From the NCBI GenBank assembly GCA_938040725.1, contig CALHZX010000058.1:4254-68253 (forward strand): a stretch of DNA of 64,000 nt, given 5' to 3'. Below the pieces are notes generated by a model. It had not been told where the DNA came from, made no database searches, and saw only the letters and a list, made by a program, of their open reading frames with translations. Shown here in pieces: positions 19,928-28,475 of this stretch (its first letter is position 1; every line of letters begins with the position of its first letter). Origin of the DNA: an uncultured Actinomyces sp. Its GTDB lineage: Bacteria; Actinomycetota; Actinomycetes; Actinomycetales; Actinomycetaceae. Both the position numbers and the translations under genes were made by a program.

Positions 19928-21661
19928 ATGACGAAACAGACTCCCGTGCGCGATTGTGGGGAAACCATAACGCCCGGTGAGTCGGCCCGTCCTTTCGCCC
20001 GATCAGTGGTGTCGCAGGCCCTGTCCCGAGCCTCATCGGTGGAGCTACAGCCCAGCCTGGATGCGGTTGGGACCCCGGCCTCGGGCGGACGCTGGGTGGT
20101 TGTCGACCTGGAAACGACGGGGCTCGGAGCTGGCGCGGAAATCACTGAGATCGGTGCAGTGTGTGTTCAAGACGGTGCCATCATTGACGAGTTTTCTTCG
20201 CTCGTAAAGCCCTCGCGCCCCATTCCGCCATTCATCACGTCGCTCACGGGGATTACGCCGGCGATGGTCGCGAACGCCGACCCGATCGCCTCGGTGCTAG
20301 AGCGTTTCATGGACTGGTCTGGCCTCGGCACGAAGACAGGCCCGGTCCTCGTCGCTCACAATGCCTCCTTCGACGTGGGGTTCTTGCGCCGAGCAGCCCG
20401 CGCCTCCTCCCTCACGTGGCCTCGTGTCCGCGTTGTTGACACGCTGGCTCTCGCGCGCCTCGCATTGCCCCGCCCGCTCGTGCGTAATCACAAGCTTGGC
20501 ACGATCGCCTCGTACTTCGGTACCGCCACCGTCCCCGAGCACCGCGCGCTCGGAGATGCACGCGCAACCGCTGAAATCCTCCTGGGATTCATCGACCTGC
20601 TCGCAGGGGCGGGCGCCACCGACGTCGAGGACCTCCTTGTTCTCACCGAACAAGCACCCGCGCGCCGCCCCTCCACTCCATCCTTCGTCGCGGACTTACC
20701 CACCTCCCCGGGGGTTTATCACTTCATCGATACGGCGGGCGACACGCTCTACGTGGGGTCGGCCTCGTCCCTGCGCTCGCGCGTCGGCAGCTACTACACG
20801 AAGGCGGAGAAGCGCCCGAAGGTTCAGCGCATGGTGTCCCTGGCCGCGGGCGTGCGTCCCTATCCCACCGCCTCCATTCTCGAGGCGCGGATCCGGGAAC
20901 TGCGTGATATCAGGGAACTGGCACCGCCCTACAATTCAGCATCGACGCGTCAGGGATCTCAGCACTGGGTCATCGCCGAGGCCGACCAACCTCGCGTGGT
21001 ACCATCCGTCACGCTCGATGAGCTACCGTGCGCCCTCGGTCCCTTCGGCACGCGCGCGCACGCCCTGCGGGCAGCGGGAGCGATCGAGCGCGTCTTAGCC
21101 GAGGCCACTGCCAACGACAGGCCGGAGCTCCTTCTCGAGGCCGTGGCCGCATCTACGCTGGCCGTTCCACACGCGCTCACCGCGCTCATGGAGAGGCTAT
21201 CCTCCCAGGGACTATTTGAACCCGCTGCGGCCGCTCGCGACGACCTGAGCGCCTATATGACGGGCGTCGAACGCGCGACGATGCGACCGATCCTGGCAGC
21301 ACCGCGCATCGTGTGGGGATCACGCCGAGACGGGGGCGAGCCAGGCTGGATCCTGCACGTTGCCTCCCACGGCCGCCACCTCAGTTCCGTCGTCATTCCG
21401 CCGCACACCGACCCATCCCCGTGGATCGACGTTCTCACGTCCACAACGCCCGTCGAAACGGACGGCGTCGCTGCCAGCTGCGCGTCGTGGGCGGAAACAG
21501 CACTGCTGTGCGCCGAGCTGGGCCGCGAGGGAACGCGCCTCGTCGAATGGAAAGGCCCCCTCCCCTGGGCACAGCCAACGGCCAGCCCGCAAGGCGACGG
21601 GCGGCTGCGCGAGCTCCTGGCCCACGCAACCGCCCAGCGTCGTATCGACCCGCGCACGTAG
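19928..21661 (+). CDS. DEDDh exonuclease / UvrC-like GIY-YIG nuclease fusion (Rv2191-like)
   Basis: VVDLETTG, VAHNASFD, HRALGDA, then PGVYHF...LYVG...LRSRV.SYY and PPYN. Confidence 0.9.
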   Translation: MTKQTPVRDCGETITPGESARPFARSVVSQALSRASSVELQPSLDAVGTPASGGRWVVVDLETTGLGAGAEITEIGAVCVQDGAIIDEFSSLVKPSRPIPPFITSLTGITPAMVANADPIASVLERFMDWSGLGTKTGPVLVAHNASFDVGFLRRAARASSLTWPRVRVVDTLALARLALPRPLVRNHKLGTIASYFGTATVPEHRALGDARATAEILLGFIDLLAGAGATDVEDLLVLTEQAPARRPSTPSFVADLPTSPGVYHFIDTAGDTLYVGSASSLRSRVGSYYTKAEKRPKVQRMVSLAAGVRPYPTASILEARIRELRDIRELAPPYNSASTRQGSQHWVIAEADQPRVVPSVTLDELPCALGPFGTRAHALRAAGAIERVLAEATANDRPELLLEAVAASTLAVPHALTALMERLSSQGLFEPAAAARDDLSAYMTGVERATMRPILAAPRIVWGSRRDGGEPGWILHVASHGRHLSSVVIPPHTDPSPWIDVLTSTTPVETDGVAASCASWAETALLCAELGREGTRLVEWKGPLPWAQPTASPQGDGRLRELLAHATAQRRIDPRT

Positions 21662-21688
21662 GGCGGGTATCGCTCCTATGCGTTGTTC

Positions 21689-22744
21689 CTACGCGTTCGA
21701 GGCTGCTACCCACCGGTCGATGAGTCGGGCACCCGAGCCATCGGCCAGCGCACCCAGGGCGCGCCCGACGGCACCGCGCATACGCTCGGCAAAGTCGGCC
21801 TGGGTCACCGGGTTTTCCAGGCCCTCCCACGCCAGGATGCCGGCACCAACGTTGAGGGCGACTGCATCGCGGACTGCATCCGCTCCGCCGCCCGAGAGCA
21901 CATCGCGGGCAACGGCCGCGTTCTCGGCCGCCTCACCGCCGGCCAAATCCTCAATCGAGGAGGCAGCCATGCCCAAGGACTCACGGGCATCGAACTCTGT
22001 CGGAGTCACGGATCCGCCCGACACAATCCACACCTGGTTCGCGTCGCTGGTCGTCAGCTCATCGAGACCCGTGTTCGCACCGCGGAAGACGAGCGCGCTC
22101 AGTCCGCGCGAGGCGTACACGCCCGCCATCAGGCGCGCGTTCTCCTCACGCGACGCGCCGATCGCGCACGCCTGCACGCGCGCCGGATTCGTCAGCGGCC
22201 CCAGGACGTTGAAGGCCGTGGGGAAACCGAGCGCGCGGCGCACGGGGGCGGCAAAACGCATCGACGGGTGCATCTTATTGGCGAACAGGAACGCGATGCC
22301 CACCTCATCGAAGACACGGCGCAGAGTATCGGCGTCGAGGTCGAGGTTGACACCGAGCGCCTCAATAACGTCCGCGGAACCCGACTTCGACGTCGACGCA
22401 CGGTTGCCGTGCTTGACGAGCGGGATACCCATCGCGGCGAGCACAATGGCAGACATCATCGAAATGTTAACGGTGTTGTACCCGTCGCCGCCCGTGCCCA
22501 CGATGTCGAGCGCGCGGCTGGGCAGGTCGACGTGCGCCGCGTGATCCTGCATGCCATCGGCGAGGCCGTGGATCTCGTCAACCGTGGCGCCCTTCATGGC
22601 CATGGCGGTCAGGAAAGAGGCAAGACGCGCCTCTCCGAGCTCGCCGCTCATCACCTGATCCATCAGCCAGTACGACTGACCGTAATCGAGGCTCTCCCCC
22701 GCGGTCAGCGCGGCAATGATCGGCGCCCACTCCTGAGCGGCCAT
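21689..22744 (-). CDS. trpD: Anthranilate phosphoribosyltransferase
   Basis: DIVGTGGDG, NIS, KHGNRASTSKSGSAD, FNVLGPLTNP, GLDE. Confidence 0.96.
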   Translation of the reverse strand: MAAQEWAPIIAALTAGESLDYGQSYWLMDQVMSGELGEARLASFLTAMAMKGATVDEIHGLADGMQDHAAHVDLPSRALDIVGTGGDGYNTVNISMMSAIVLAAMGIPLVKHGNRASTSKSGSADVIEALGVNLDLDADTLRRVFDEVGIAFLFANKMHPSMRFAAPVRRALGFPTAFNVLGPLTNPARVQACAIGASREENARLMAGVYASRGLSALVFRGANTGLDELTTSDANQVWIVSGGSVTPTEFDARESLGMAASSIEDLAGGEAAENAAVARDVLSGGGADAVRDAVALNVGAGILAWEGLENPVTQADFAERMRGAVGRALGALADGSGARLIDRWVAASNA

Positions 22745-23136
22745 CACTTGGCTCCGAGCAGCACGTCAGCGACGGTCTCCTGCAGGATGATCGGGTCGAT
22801 CGGATCGGCCACGACCGCCGCAGCTCCGGCCCACGTCGCCAGCCATTCGTCCTGCGGGCGAGCCGTCAGGAACACGATCGGGGGAACGCCGTCACGGGTC
22901 TCACGCAGATCCTGGGCGACAGACATGCCACCCTCCTTCTTCGTCTCAGCATCGAGAATCAGCATCGCGAAATCCTGCTGATCGAAAGCGTCACGAACGC
23001 CGAAAGCCGTGGCGGCCTCCACCCATTCGATGCGGGGCGTGTCCTTGGAAGCACGCAGTCCGACGCCGTTGATGACAGCTTCACGCTTGTCCTTATCGTC
23101 GCTGAAAACCAGGATTTGAACGGTTTCTTCACTCAT
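22744..23136 (-). CDS. Single-domain (orphan) response regulator receiver
   Basis: ILVFSDD, LILDAE...GGM, LTARPQDEWLATWAGA..VV..PIDP; no output domain; TGATG overlap with trpD. Start reset to ATG 23136. Confidence 0.85.
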   Translation of the reverse strand: MSEETVQILVFSDDKDKREAVINGVGLRASKDTPRIEWVEAATAFGVRDAFDQQDFAMLILDAETKKEGGMSVAQDLRETRDGVPPIVFLTARPQDEWLATWAGAAAVVADPIDPIILQETVADVLLGAK

Positions 23137-23191
23137 GGAATCTCCTTGCGTATGTCGGCCAATTCGACGCGATGGCCCCATTCTAACGGGT

Positions 23192-23224
23192 AGCGGGCGG
23201 CTCCCACACTGGGAGCCGCCCGCT
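23192..23224 (-). terminator. Hairpin downstream of the FKBP gene
   Basis: agcgggcggctccca-cac-tgggagccgcccgct. Confidence 0.7.
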
Positions 23225-23249
23225 TATGTTCACCTGAGTCGGCGTACGG

Positions 23250-24239
23250 TCACTGCATCGAGGACGTGCCGACGATGTCGACGACCATCACGTTCGCCTG
23301 AGCCGGGGTACCCGATTGCGCTTGCGAAGCCGGGATCGGGACAACAAGGAGGATACGGGAGCCAACAGTGTAACCGGCCAGACCCGCGTTCGTCACGGCT
23401 TCCTCGACGGGTGCTTGACTCCAGCTGGACTGAGTCTGTCCGCTCGCTCCGAAGCCACCAGCAACCGCCTTGTACAGGAATGATTCTCCGTCTGCGAGTT
23501 CCTCGCCCGAGCCCTTGTAGATCGTGTAGATCTTCCGCTCGGTGGGCGCGGCAACGCTCTCATCGATCACCAGGGTCGGCTCGACACCGGGATCACCGGT
23601 CACGGTCACACCGGCGGGCAGCTCCTCGCCGGTCGCCGTTGCGCCACTCAGAACCGACTCGTCGGCCAGGTTCTCGGTGGCGACGCCCACGATGTCCACG
23701 ACGAACACGAGGGTCGAGTTCGCGGGAATATCGCCAGCGGCCTGGCTACCGTAGCCCAAAGAGGCAGGAATGACGAGCTCGACGCGGTCACCCACGTGCG
23801 TGTGGGCCAGGCCGTAGCCCCAACCCTTGACGACCCGGTCGAGCGAGAAATCGATAGGCTGTCCCTTCTTGAAGGACGAATCGAAAACGGTGCCGTTCCA
23901 CAGGGCGCCCACGTAGTTCGCCCTGATTTTTACACCCGGGCACACAAGCGCACCATCGCCCTGCTTGAGGGTCTTGACGAGGACCTTGTCGGTCGGCTCG
24001 CTTCCCTTGCCAGCGGCGATCACGGGGGTGTCATCACCGGAGATCGACGGGAAGTTTCCCTTGCCGCTGCGGTCGACGTTCGCGTTCTGGTCAGCGGAGT
24101 CGTCCGTCGAACAGGCGGAGTAGTCGATCTCCGCGGGAGCGGGAGACGAAGACGACGAAGCATCGGTGCAAGCCGCGAGCCCGAGAACGAGGGCGGCGGC
24201 GCCGACGAGGGCGCCGAAACGACGCAGGGAGGACATCAT
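23250..24239 (-). CDS. FKBP-type peptidyl-prolyl isomerase lipoprotein (one intact and one degenerate FKBP domain)
   Basis: Lipobox LGLAAC; NYVG..W.GTVFDSSF, VVKGW..GL, VIPASLGYG, IPANSTLVFVVDI. Start reset to ATG 24239 or 24236. Confidence 0.9.
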   Translation of the reverse strand: MMSSLRRFGALVGAAALVLGLAACTDASSSSSPAPAEIDYSACSTDDSADQNANVDRSGKGNFPSISGDDTPVIAAGKGSEPTDKVLVKTLKQGDGALVCPGVKIRANYVGALWNGTVFDSSFKKGQPIDFSLDRVVKGWGYGLAHTHVGDRVELVIPASLGYGSQAAGDIPANSTLVFVVDIVGVATENLADESVLSGATATGEELPAGVTVTGDPGVEPTLVIDESVAAPTERKIYTIYKGSGEELADGESFLYKAVAGGFGASGQTQSSWSQAPVEEAVTNAGLAGYTVGSRILLVVPIPASQAQSGTPAQANVMVVDIVGTSSMQ

Positions 24240-24258
24240 GGAATGGTGTTCTTTCGGC

Positions 24259-24612
24259 TCAGTGGAAGGACTCGCCGCAGGCGCAGGTGTTCTGGGCGTT
24301 CGGGTTATCGATCGTGAAGCCCTGACGCTCGATGGTGTCGGCGAAGTCAATCGTGGCGCCGCTCAGGTAGGGCACGCTCATGCGATCGACGACGACCTCA
24401 ACGCCATCGAAGGAACGAATCGCGTCGCCGTCGAGCGTGCGATCGTCGAAGTACAGCTGGTAGATGAGGCCTGAGCAGCCACCGGGCTGAACGGCGATGC
24501 GCAGGCGCAGGTCGTCGCGGCCCTCCTGCTCGAGGAGGCTCTTTACCTTCGCAGCTGCGACGTCGGTGAGGATAACCTCGTGGGTGGGAGCCTGAGTTGC
24601 GGACTCGGACAT
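24259..24612 (-). CDS. HesB/IscA (ErpA-like) Fe-S carrier
   Basis: PGGCSG and CACGESF motifs. Confidence 0.96.
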   Translation of the reverse strand: MSESATQAPTHEVILTDVAAAKVKSLLEQEGRDDLRLRIAVQPGGCSGLIYQLYFDDRTLDGDAIRSFDGVEVVVDRMSVPYLSGATIDFADTIERQGFTIDNPNAQNTCACGESFH

Positions 24613-24697
24613 GATGCTCCTTTTCGTAATGGATAGACGTATTCGCTTGACACACTACTCCCCCGCCGGGACGACGCGCCACGGCTGGGGTGCGCGC

Positions 24698-25666
24698 TCA
24701 GCGTAACCAGGTACGAGCGACGCGGCGTCCGGCGTCTTCAAGCGTGACGGATTCGTCCGTCTCGAACACACCGTGAAGCCCCCACTCGGCCTTCTCAAAG
24801 TGCGAGAGGCTGGACCTACGGGTGATGGCGACGACGGGCAGGGCATGCGCTGCAGCGGCACTCGTCACGCGCTCGAGCGTGGACTCGGCGAGCAGCGGAG
24901 AGGACAGCTCGGGTTCGGCGACGACCACGAGGTCGGAGCCTTCCATGATGTCGTCTAGATCGAGCAACTGGGACAACAGATCACCGGTGGAGACAATGCG
25001 CCCACCAATCGCAGCAATGACGGCACCCACGCCGCCGCCGGCGCCAGAACCGCGCAGGCGCGCCGGGTGAACGTCCTGGCCCTCTAAAAGCTGGCGTCGT
25101 CCCAGCGGTCGGTGCGCACACGCCTGCGTGAGACCGGCGGTGAGAGCGGTGTCCTGGGCTTCGATCGGCTCCAGATCAGGAGCAACGGCGAGGACCGAGT
25201 CGAGGCCCAGCAGCGGGCGCGCGGTGGACGCCGCGCACACAAGATCGACGCCTGCATCAGCGATGAGGCCCTGGGCGTGCGTCAGCGCATCGGCGAGCAC
25301 CTCGGGCTGCCTCGGGTCAATGTGCGGGGCACCCAGGAGGCCCTCCAGGAAACCGACGCCGCAATCGGGAGAGGAATTGTGCCCGCCTTCGACGATCACG
25401 GTGCCGCCGTCGCCGAGCGAGTCCGCCACGCGTTCGCCTGCCTCGCGCGACGAGGAAGCATCAGTGGGCACGCGCACGAACGAGGCCTGGGAGCGCAGCC
25501 CGGCCACGGCCTCGTCGAAGGTGGGTCCGGTTCCGAACGGAACCGTGACGACTGTGGGCTCCGAAGTGCCGGCTACGACGCCCCGACGGATGGCGTCGAG
25601 TGCCTCGCCGGTCGGCGAGGCGGGAATACCCCCGTCCCACCGACCGGCGACAACAACACGACTCAC
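24698..25666 (-). CDS. Glycerate kinase-like protein (divergent)
   Basis: GSGAGGG and DLVVVAE(=TGEG-like) segments and a conserved position next to hesB; canonical N-terminal motifs are degenerate. Confidence 0.6.
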   Translation of the reverse strand: MSRVVVAGRWDGGIPASPTGEALDAIRRGVVAGTSEPTVVTVPFGTGPTFDEAVAGLRSQASFVRVPTDASSSREAGERVADSLGDGGTVIVEGGHNSSPDCGVGFLEGLLGAPHIDPRQPEVLADALTHAQGLIADAGVDLVCAASTARPLLGLDSVLAVAPDLEPIEAQDTALTAGLTQACAHRPLGRRQLLEGQDVHPARLRGSGAGGGVGAVIAAIGGRIVSTGDLLSQLLDLDDIMEGSDLVVVAEPELSSPLLAESTLERVTSAAAAHALPVVAITRRSSLSHFEKAEWGLHGVFETDESVTLEDAGRRVARTWLR

Positions 25667-27036
25667 AGGGACGCCACGCGCGTCAGCAGAAGGGCCTCGG
25701 CAAGGATTGCGGCCTTCAGGTCGGAAATCGACTGCGACTCGTCCTCCGAGTGAGCGTTCGTCAGCGGGTCCTCGACGCCGGTGACGACGACCTGCGCGCT
25801 GGGGAAGATGCGCTGGAAGTCAGAAATGAACGGAATCGAGCCGCCCACACCGATGTTGACCGAGGGAACGCCCCAGGCCTCGGTGAGGGACTCGTGCAAC
25901 GCCTTCGTCACGGGGGAATCCATGTCAGCCTGGTAGCCGGCACCAGCATCCTCGGCCGTGACCTCGACGCGCGCACCAAAGGGCGCATGAGCGAGCAGGT
26001 AGTCAACGAGCCTGGTCTGGGCCTCGACGGGATCGACACCGGGGACCGTGCGCATCGACAGGCGGAAACGCGTATGCGGGGCAATCGTATTCGAGGCGTT
26101 GGACACGGGGCGCGCGTCAAAACCGATGACCGAGATTGACGGCTTGGTCCACATGCGGGCTGCAATGTCGCCCGATCCTGCCAGCGCCAGGCCCTCGACC
26201 ATACCGGCCGCGGCGCGCAGCTCCTCCTCCGGCCAATCCACGTCCGCGTGATCCGAGCCGCCCAGGCCCGGGACCGCGACATCGCCCTTCTCGTCGAAGA
26301 GCGAGGCAATCAGCATCGAGGAGACCGCCACGGAATCGAGCAGCGGGCCACCGAAGGCACCCGAGTGCACCGCGTGGTCCGCGACGGTCACGTCGACGGT
26401 CACGATCGCGTTGCCACGCAGCGTCGAGGTGACGGCGGGTTCGCCCACCTTCCAGTTCGACGAATCCGTCACGACGATGACGTCGGCGGCGAGCTCATCC
26501 TTGTGAGCATCGAGGAACGCCGTGAACGAGGGAGAACCGATCTCTTCCTCACCCTCGATGAACACGACGACGTTGACCGGCAGATCCTCGCCAAGGATCG
26601 ACAGGGAACCCAGGTGCACCGTAATGCCGGCGCCATCGTCGGAAGAACCGCGGCCATAAATGCGGTCTCCACGAACCTCCGCCTTGTAGGGATCCATGCT
26701 CCAACGGCTCAGCTCACCCACCGGCTGCACGTCGTGATGGGCGTAGAGCAGAACGGTCGGGGCGCCCTCGATGCGATGCGAATGAGCGACGAGGGCGGGC
26801 TTGCCCTCAGTCCCGTCGGCGGCGGTTTCGCGCAGGACCTTGGCATCCAGTCCAAGGGCCGTGAAGCGCTCGCGGATATGCTCGGCGCTGCGCTCCACGT
26901 CGGCGGCGTGCGCGGGATCCGACGACACCGACGGAATCGCCACAAGCTGCGTGAGTTCCTCCAGCAGGGACGGGAAAGCGGCCTCCAGGCGCTCCCTCAA
27001 AACGGACGATGACAATGCGTGTGAAGTATCAGCCAT
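25663..27036 (-). CDS. M20 family dipeptidase
   Basis: LYAHHDVQP, YGRGSSDDG, EGEEEIGS, GGSIP, AHSEDES. Start reset to ATG 27036. Confidence 0.93.
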   Translation of the reverse strand: MADTSHALSSSVLRERLEAAFPSLLEELTQLVAIPSVSSDPAHAADVERSAEHIRERFTALGLDAKVLRETAADGTEGKPALVAHSHRIEGAPTVLLYAHHDVQPVGELSRWSMDPYKAEVRGDRIYGRGSSDDGAGITVHLGSLSILGEDLPVNVVVFIEGEEEIGSPSFTAFLDAHKDELAADVIVVTDSSNWKVGEPAVTSTLRGNAIVTVDVTVADHAVHSGAFGGPLLDSVAVSSMLIASLFDEKGDVAVPGLGGSDHADVDWPEEELRAAAGMVEGLALAGSGDIAARMWTKPSISVIGFDARPVSNASNTIAPHTRFRLSMRTVPGVDPVEAQTRLVDYLLAHAPFGARVEVTAEDAGAGYQADMDSPVTKALHESLTEAWGVPSVNIGVGGSIPFISDFQRIFPSAQVVVTGVEDPLTNAHSEDESQSISDLKAAILAEALLLTRVASL

Positions 27037-27094
27037 ACGACCAGGGTAGACCATGGGAGTGCGAGGCGGGCAGGCTATCCGCTAGCCTTGAAGC

Positions 27095-27715
27095 GTGTTT
27101 GGACGAAGCAAGAACAACAACGACGAGACCTCGATGCACGTTGAGGCGCTCTCACCGACGCCCGGCGGCAAAAAAGGCCGTCCTACGCCGAAGCGTAAGG
27201 ACGCCGAGGCCGCCCGCATCCACCCGCTGGTTCCCAAGGACCGCAAGGAAGCCAAGCGTGCAGCTCGCGCCGCACGCAACGCGCGCTTCGACGCTGAACA
27301 GCGCGCGCTGGTGACCGGCGAAGAGAGGTACCTGCCGGCCCGCGATAAGGGAGCCGCCCGTCGCTTCGTGCGCGACTACGTGGACGCACGACACTCCTTC
27401 TCCGAGTGGATCCTCGCCGTCATGATGGTCTCCATCATCCTCATCATGTTGCTCTCGATGCTCGGCAACAAGATCCCGCTGCAGTATCAGGCCTACATGC
27501 TCTACGGATCGTCGATCCTCATGTACGGCTCCTTCATCATCACCGCAGTCGAGTCCTTCCTCGTGTGGCGCACGGTCAAGCGCACGTTTGCCGAAGCACA
27601 CCCCCGCGACGACATTCCCTCCGGCACCGGGTACTACACCTTCTCCCGCATGATCATGCCGCGTCGCTGGCGCTCGCCGCGCCCCCAGGTTGATCGCGGG
27701 CAGTTCCCGAAGTAA
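27095..27715 (+). CDS. DUF3043 family membrane protein
   Basis: KKGRPTPKRK.AE, YLPARDKG..RRFVRDYVDAR, two TM helices, RRWRSPRPQV.RG. Confidence 0.9.
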   Translation: MFGRSKNNNDETSMHVEALSPTPGGKKGRPTPKRKDAEAARIHPLVPKDRKEAKRAARAARNARFDAEQRALVTGEERYLPARDKGAARRFVRDYVDARHSFSEWILAVMMVSIILIMLLSMLGNKIPLQYQAYMLYGSSILMYGSFIITAVESFLVWRTVKRTFAEAHPRDDIPSGTGYYTFSRMIMPRRWRSPRPQVDRGQFPK

Positions 27716-27809
27716 TCCACAGACCCCATCGGCCCCGCCCCATCCACATGGTGGCGGGGCCGACGCGTTTTATCCACAGACCTCGCAGCGGCTGAACCTG
27801 TATCCACAG
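27713..27809 (+). repeat. Array of four DnaA-box-like nonamers (TAATCCACA, CCATCCACA, TTATCCACA, GTATCCACA)
   Basis: Copies start at 27713, 27740, 27770 and 27800. The third is a perfect TTATCCACA. Confidence 0.75.
27729..27771 (+). terminator. Terminator-like hairpin after DUF3043
   Basis: tcggccccgcc...ggcggggccga then cgcgtttt. Confidence 0.6.
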
Positions 27810-27902
27810 GCATTGCTATGGTGCTGGCTTTCCCCCGCCCTCGGGCGTCATCCTGGTCGTGTCGGAGCATCGGCGCCCCGACAAAGACGAGAAGGATGCA
27901 TC

Positions 27903-28457
27903 ATGCACACGACAACCACACTGCTGCCCGCCTGCGCTATTGGATGTGAGGATGACGAGCCGGCCCCGGAGGGCATGTACGGCCCCGCCCACTGGCTCGA
28001 CGACCGTGGAATTGCCACTCTCCTCGCCCCCTACCTATGCGATGGGTGGGACCTGGGAGATTACGCGCGTTTCGCTGACCTCACAGGCGCGGCCGCGCGG
28101 CGCCTCGCCTCACTCCTGCCGAAGGATGCACGCGACGATAGACAGAACAACGCGCCTCGGATCGTTGACCTGTTGCGCGCTGCCTCGCGCATCGACGGAC
28201 TCAGCCTCGAGGGATACGTCATCCGTGCCCCTCGCAGAGACGAACGCGTCAGCATCGACACCGTGCTCGTCCCCGAGTCGGCAATCATCGCACACACCGG
28301 CGCCCCCATCGACGACGAGCGGTATCCGAGCTACCAGCACTGGCTCACGCTTGCCACGATCCTCGGGCTTGGCGAGGAGGCGATCCCGCCCGACGAGATG
28401 CGCCTCCTCGTCCGAGACGGATCATCCACGCGGTGGTGGTGGGCATGGTGGGACTGA
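27903..28457 (+). CDS. Hypothetical protein (RQNxAP / GY...RxDERV / C-terminal WWD)
   Basis: GC-biased codon usage and GAAGGA RBS before ATG 27903; function not recognised. Confidence 0.75.
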   Translation: MHTTTTLLPACAIGCEDDEPAPEGMYGPAHWLDDRGIATLLAPYLCDGWDLGDYARFADLTGAAARRLASLLPKDARDDRQNNAPRIVDLLRAASRIDGLSLEGYVIRAPRRDERVSIDTVLVPESAIIAHTGAPIDDERYPSYQHWLTLATILGLGEEAIPPDEMRLLVRDGSSTRWWWAWWD

Positions 28458-28475
28458 TCAACTATCCTAGGAAGC

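Noticed and set aside
19870..20060. SOS (LexA) or PafBC motif before the DEDD/GIY-YIG gene
   Set aside because: No adequate match to TCGAAC-N4-GTTCGA or TGTCGG-N10-TA-N3-T.
27713..27809. Regularly spaced short repeats considered as a mini-CRISPR or oriC
   Set aside because: The repeat core is only 7-9 bp and no cas genes are present. There is no dnaA/dnaN or AT-rich unwinding element. Kept only as a binding-site array.
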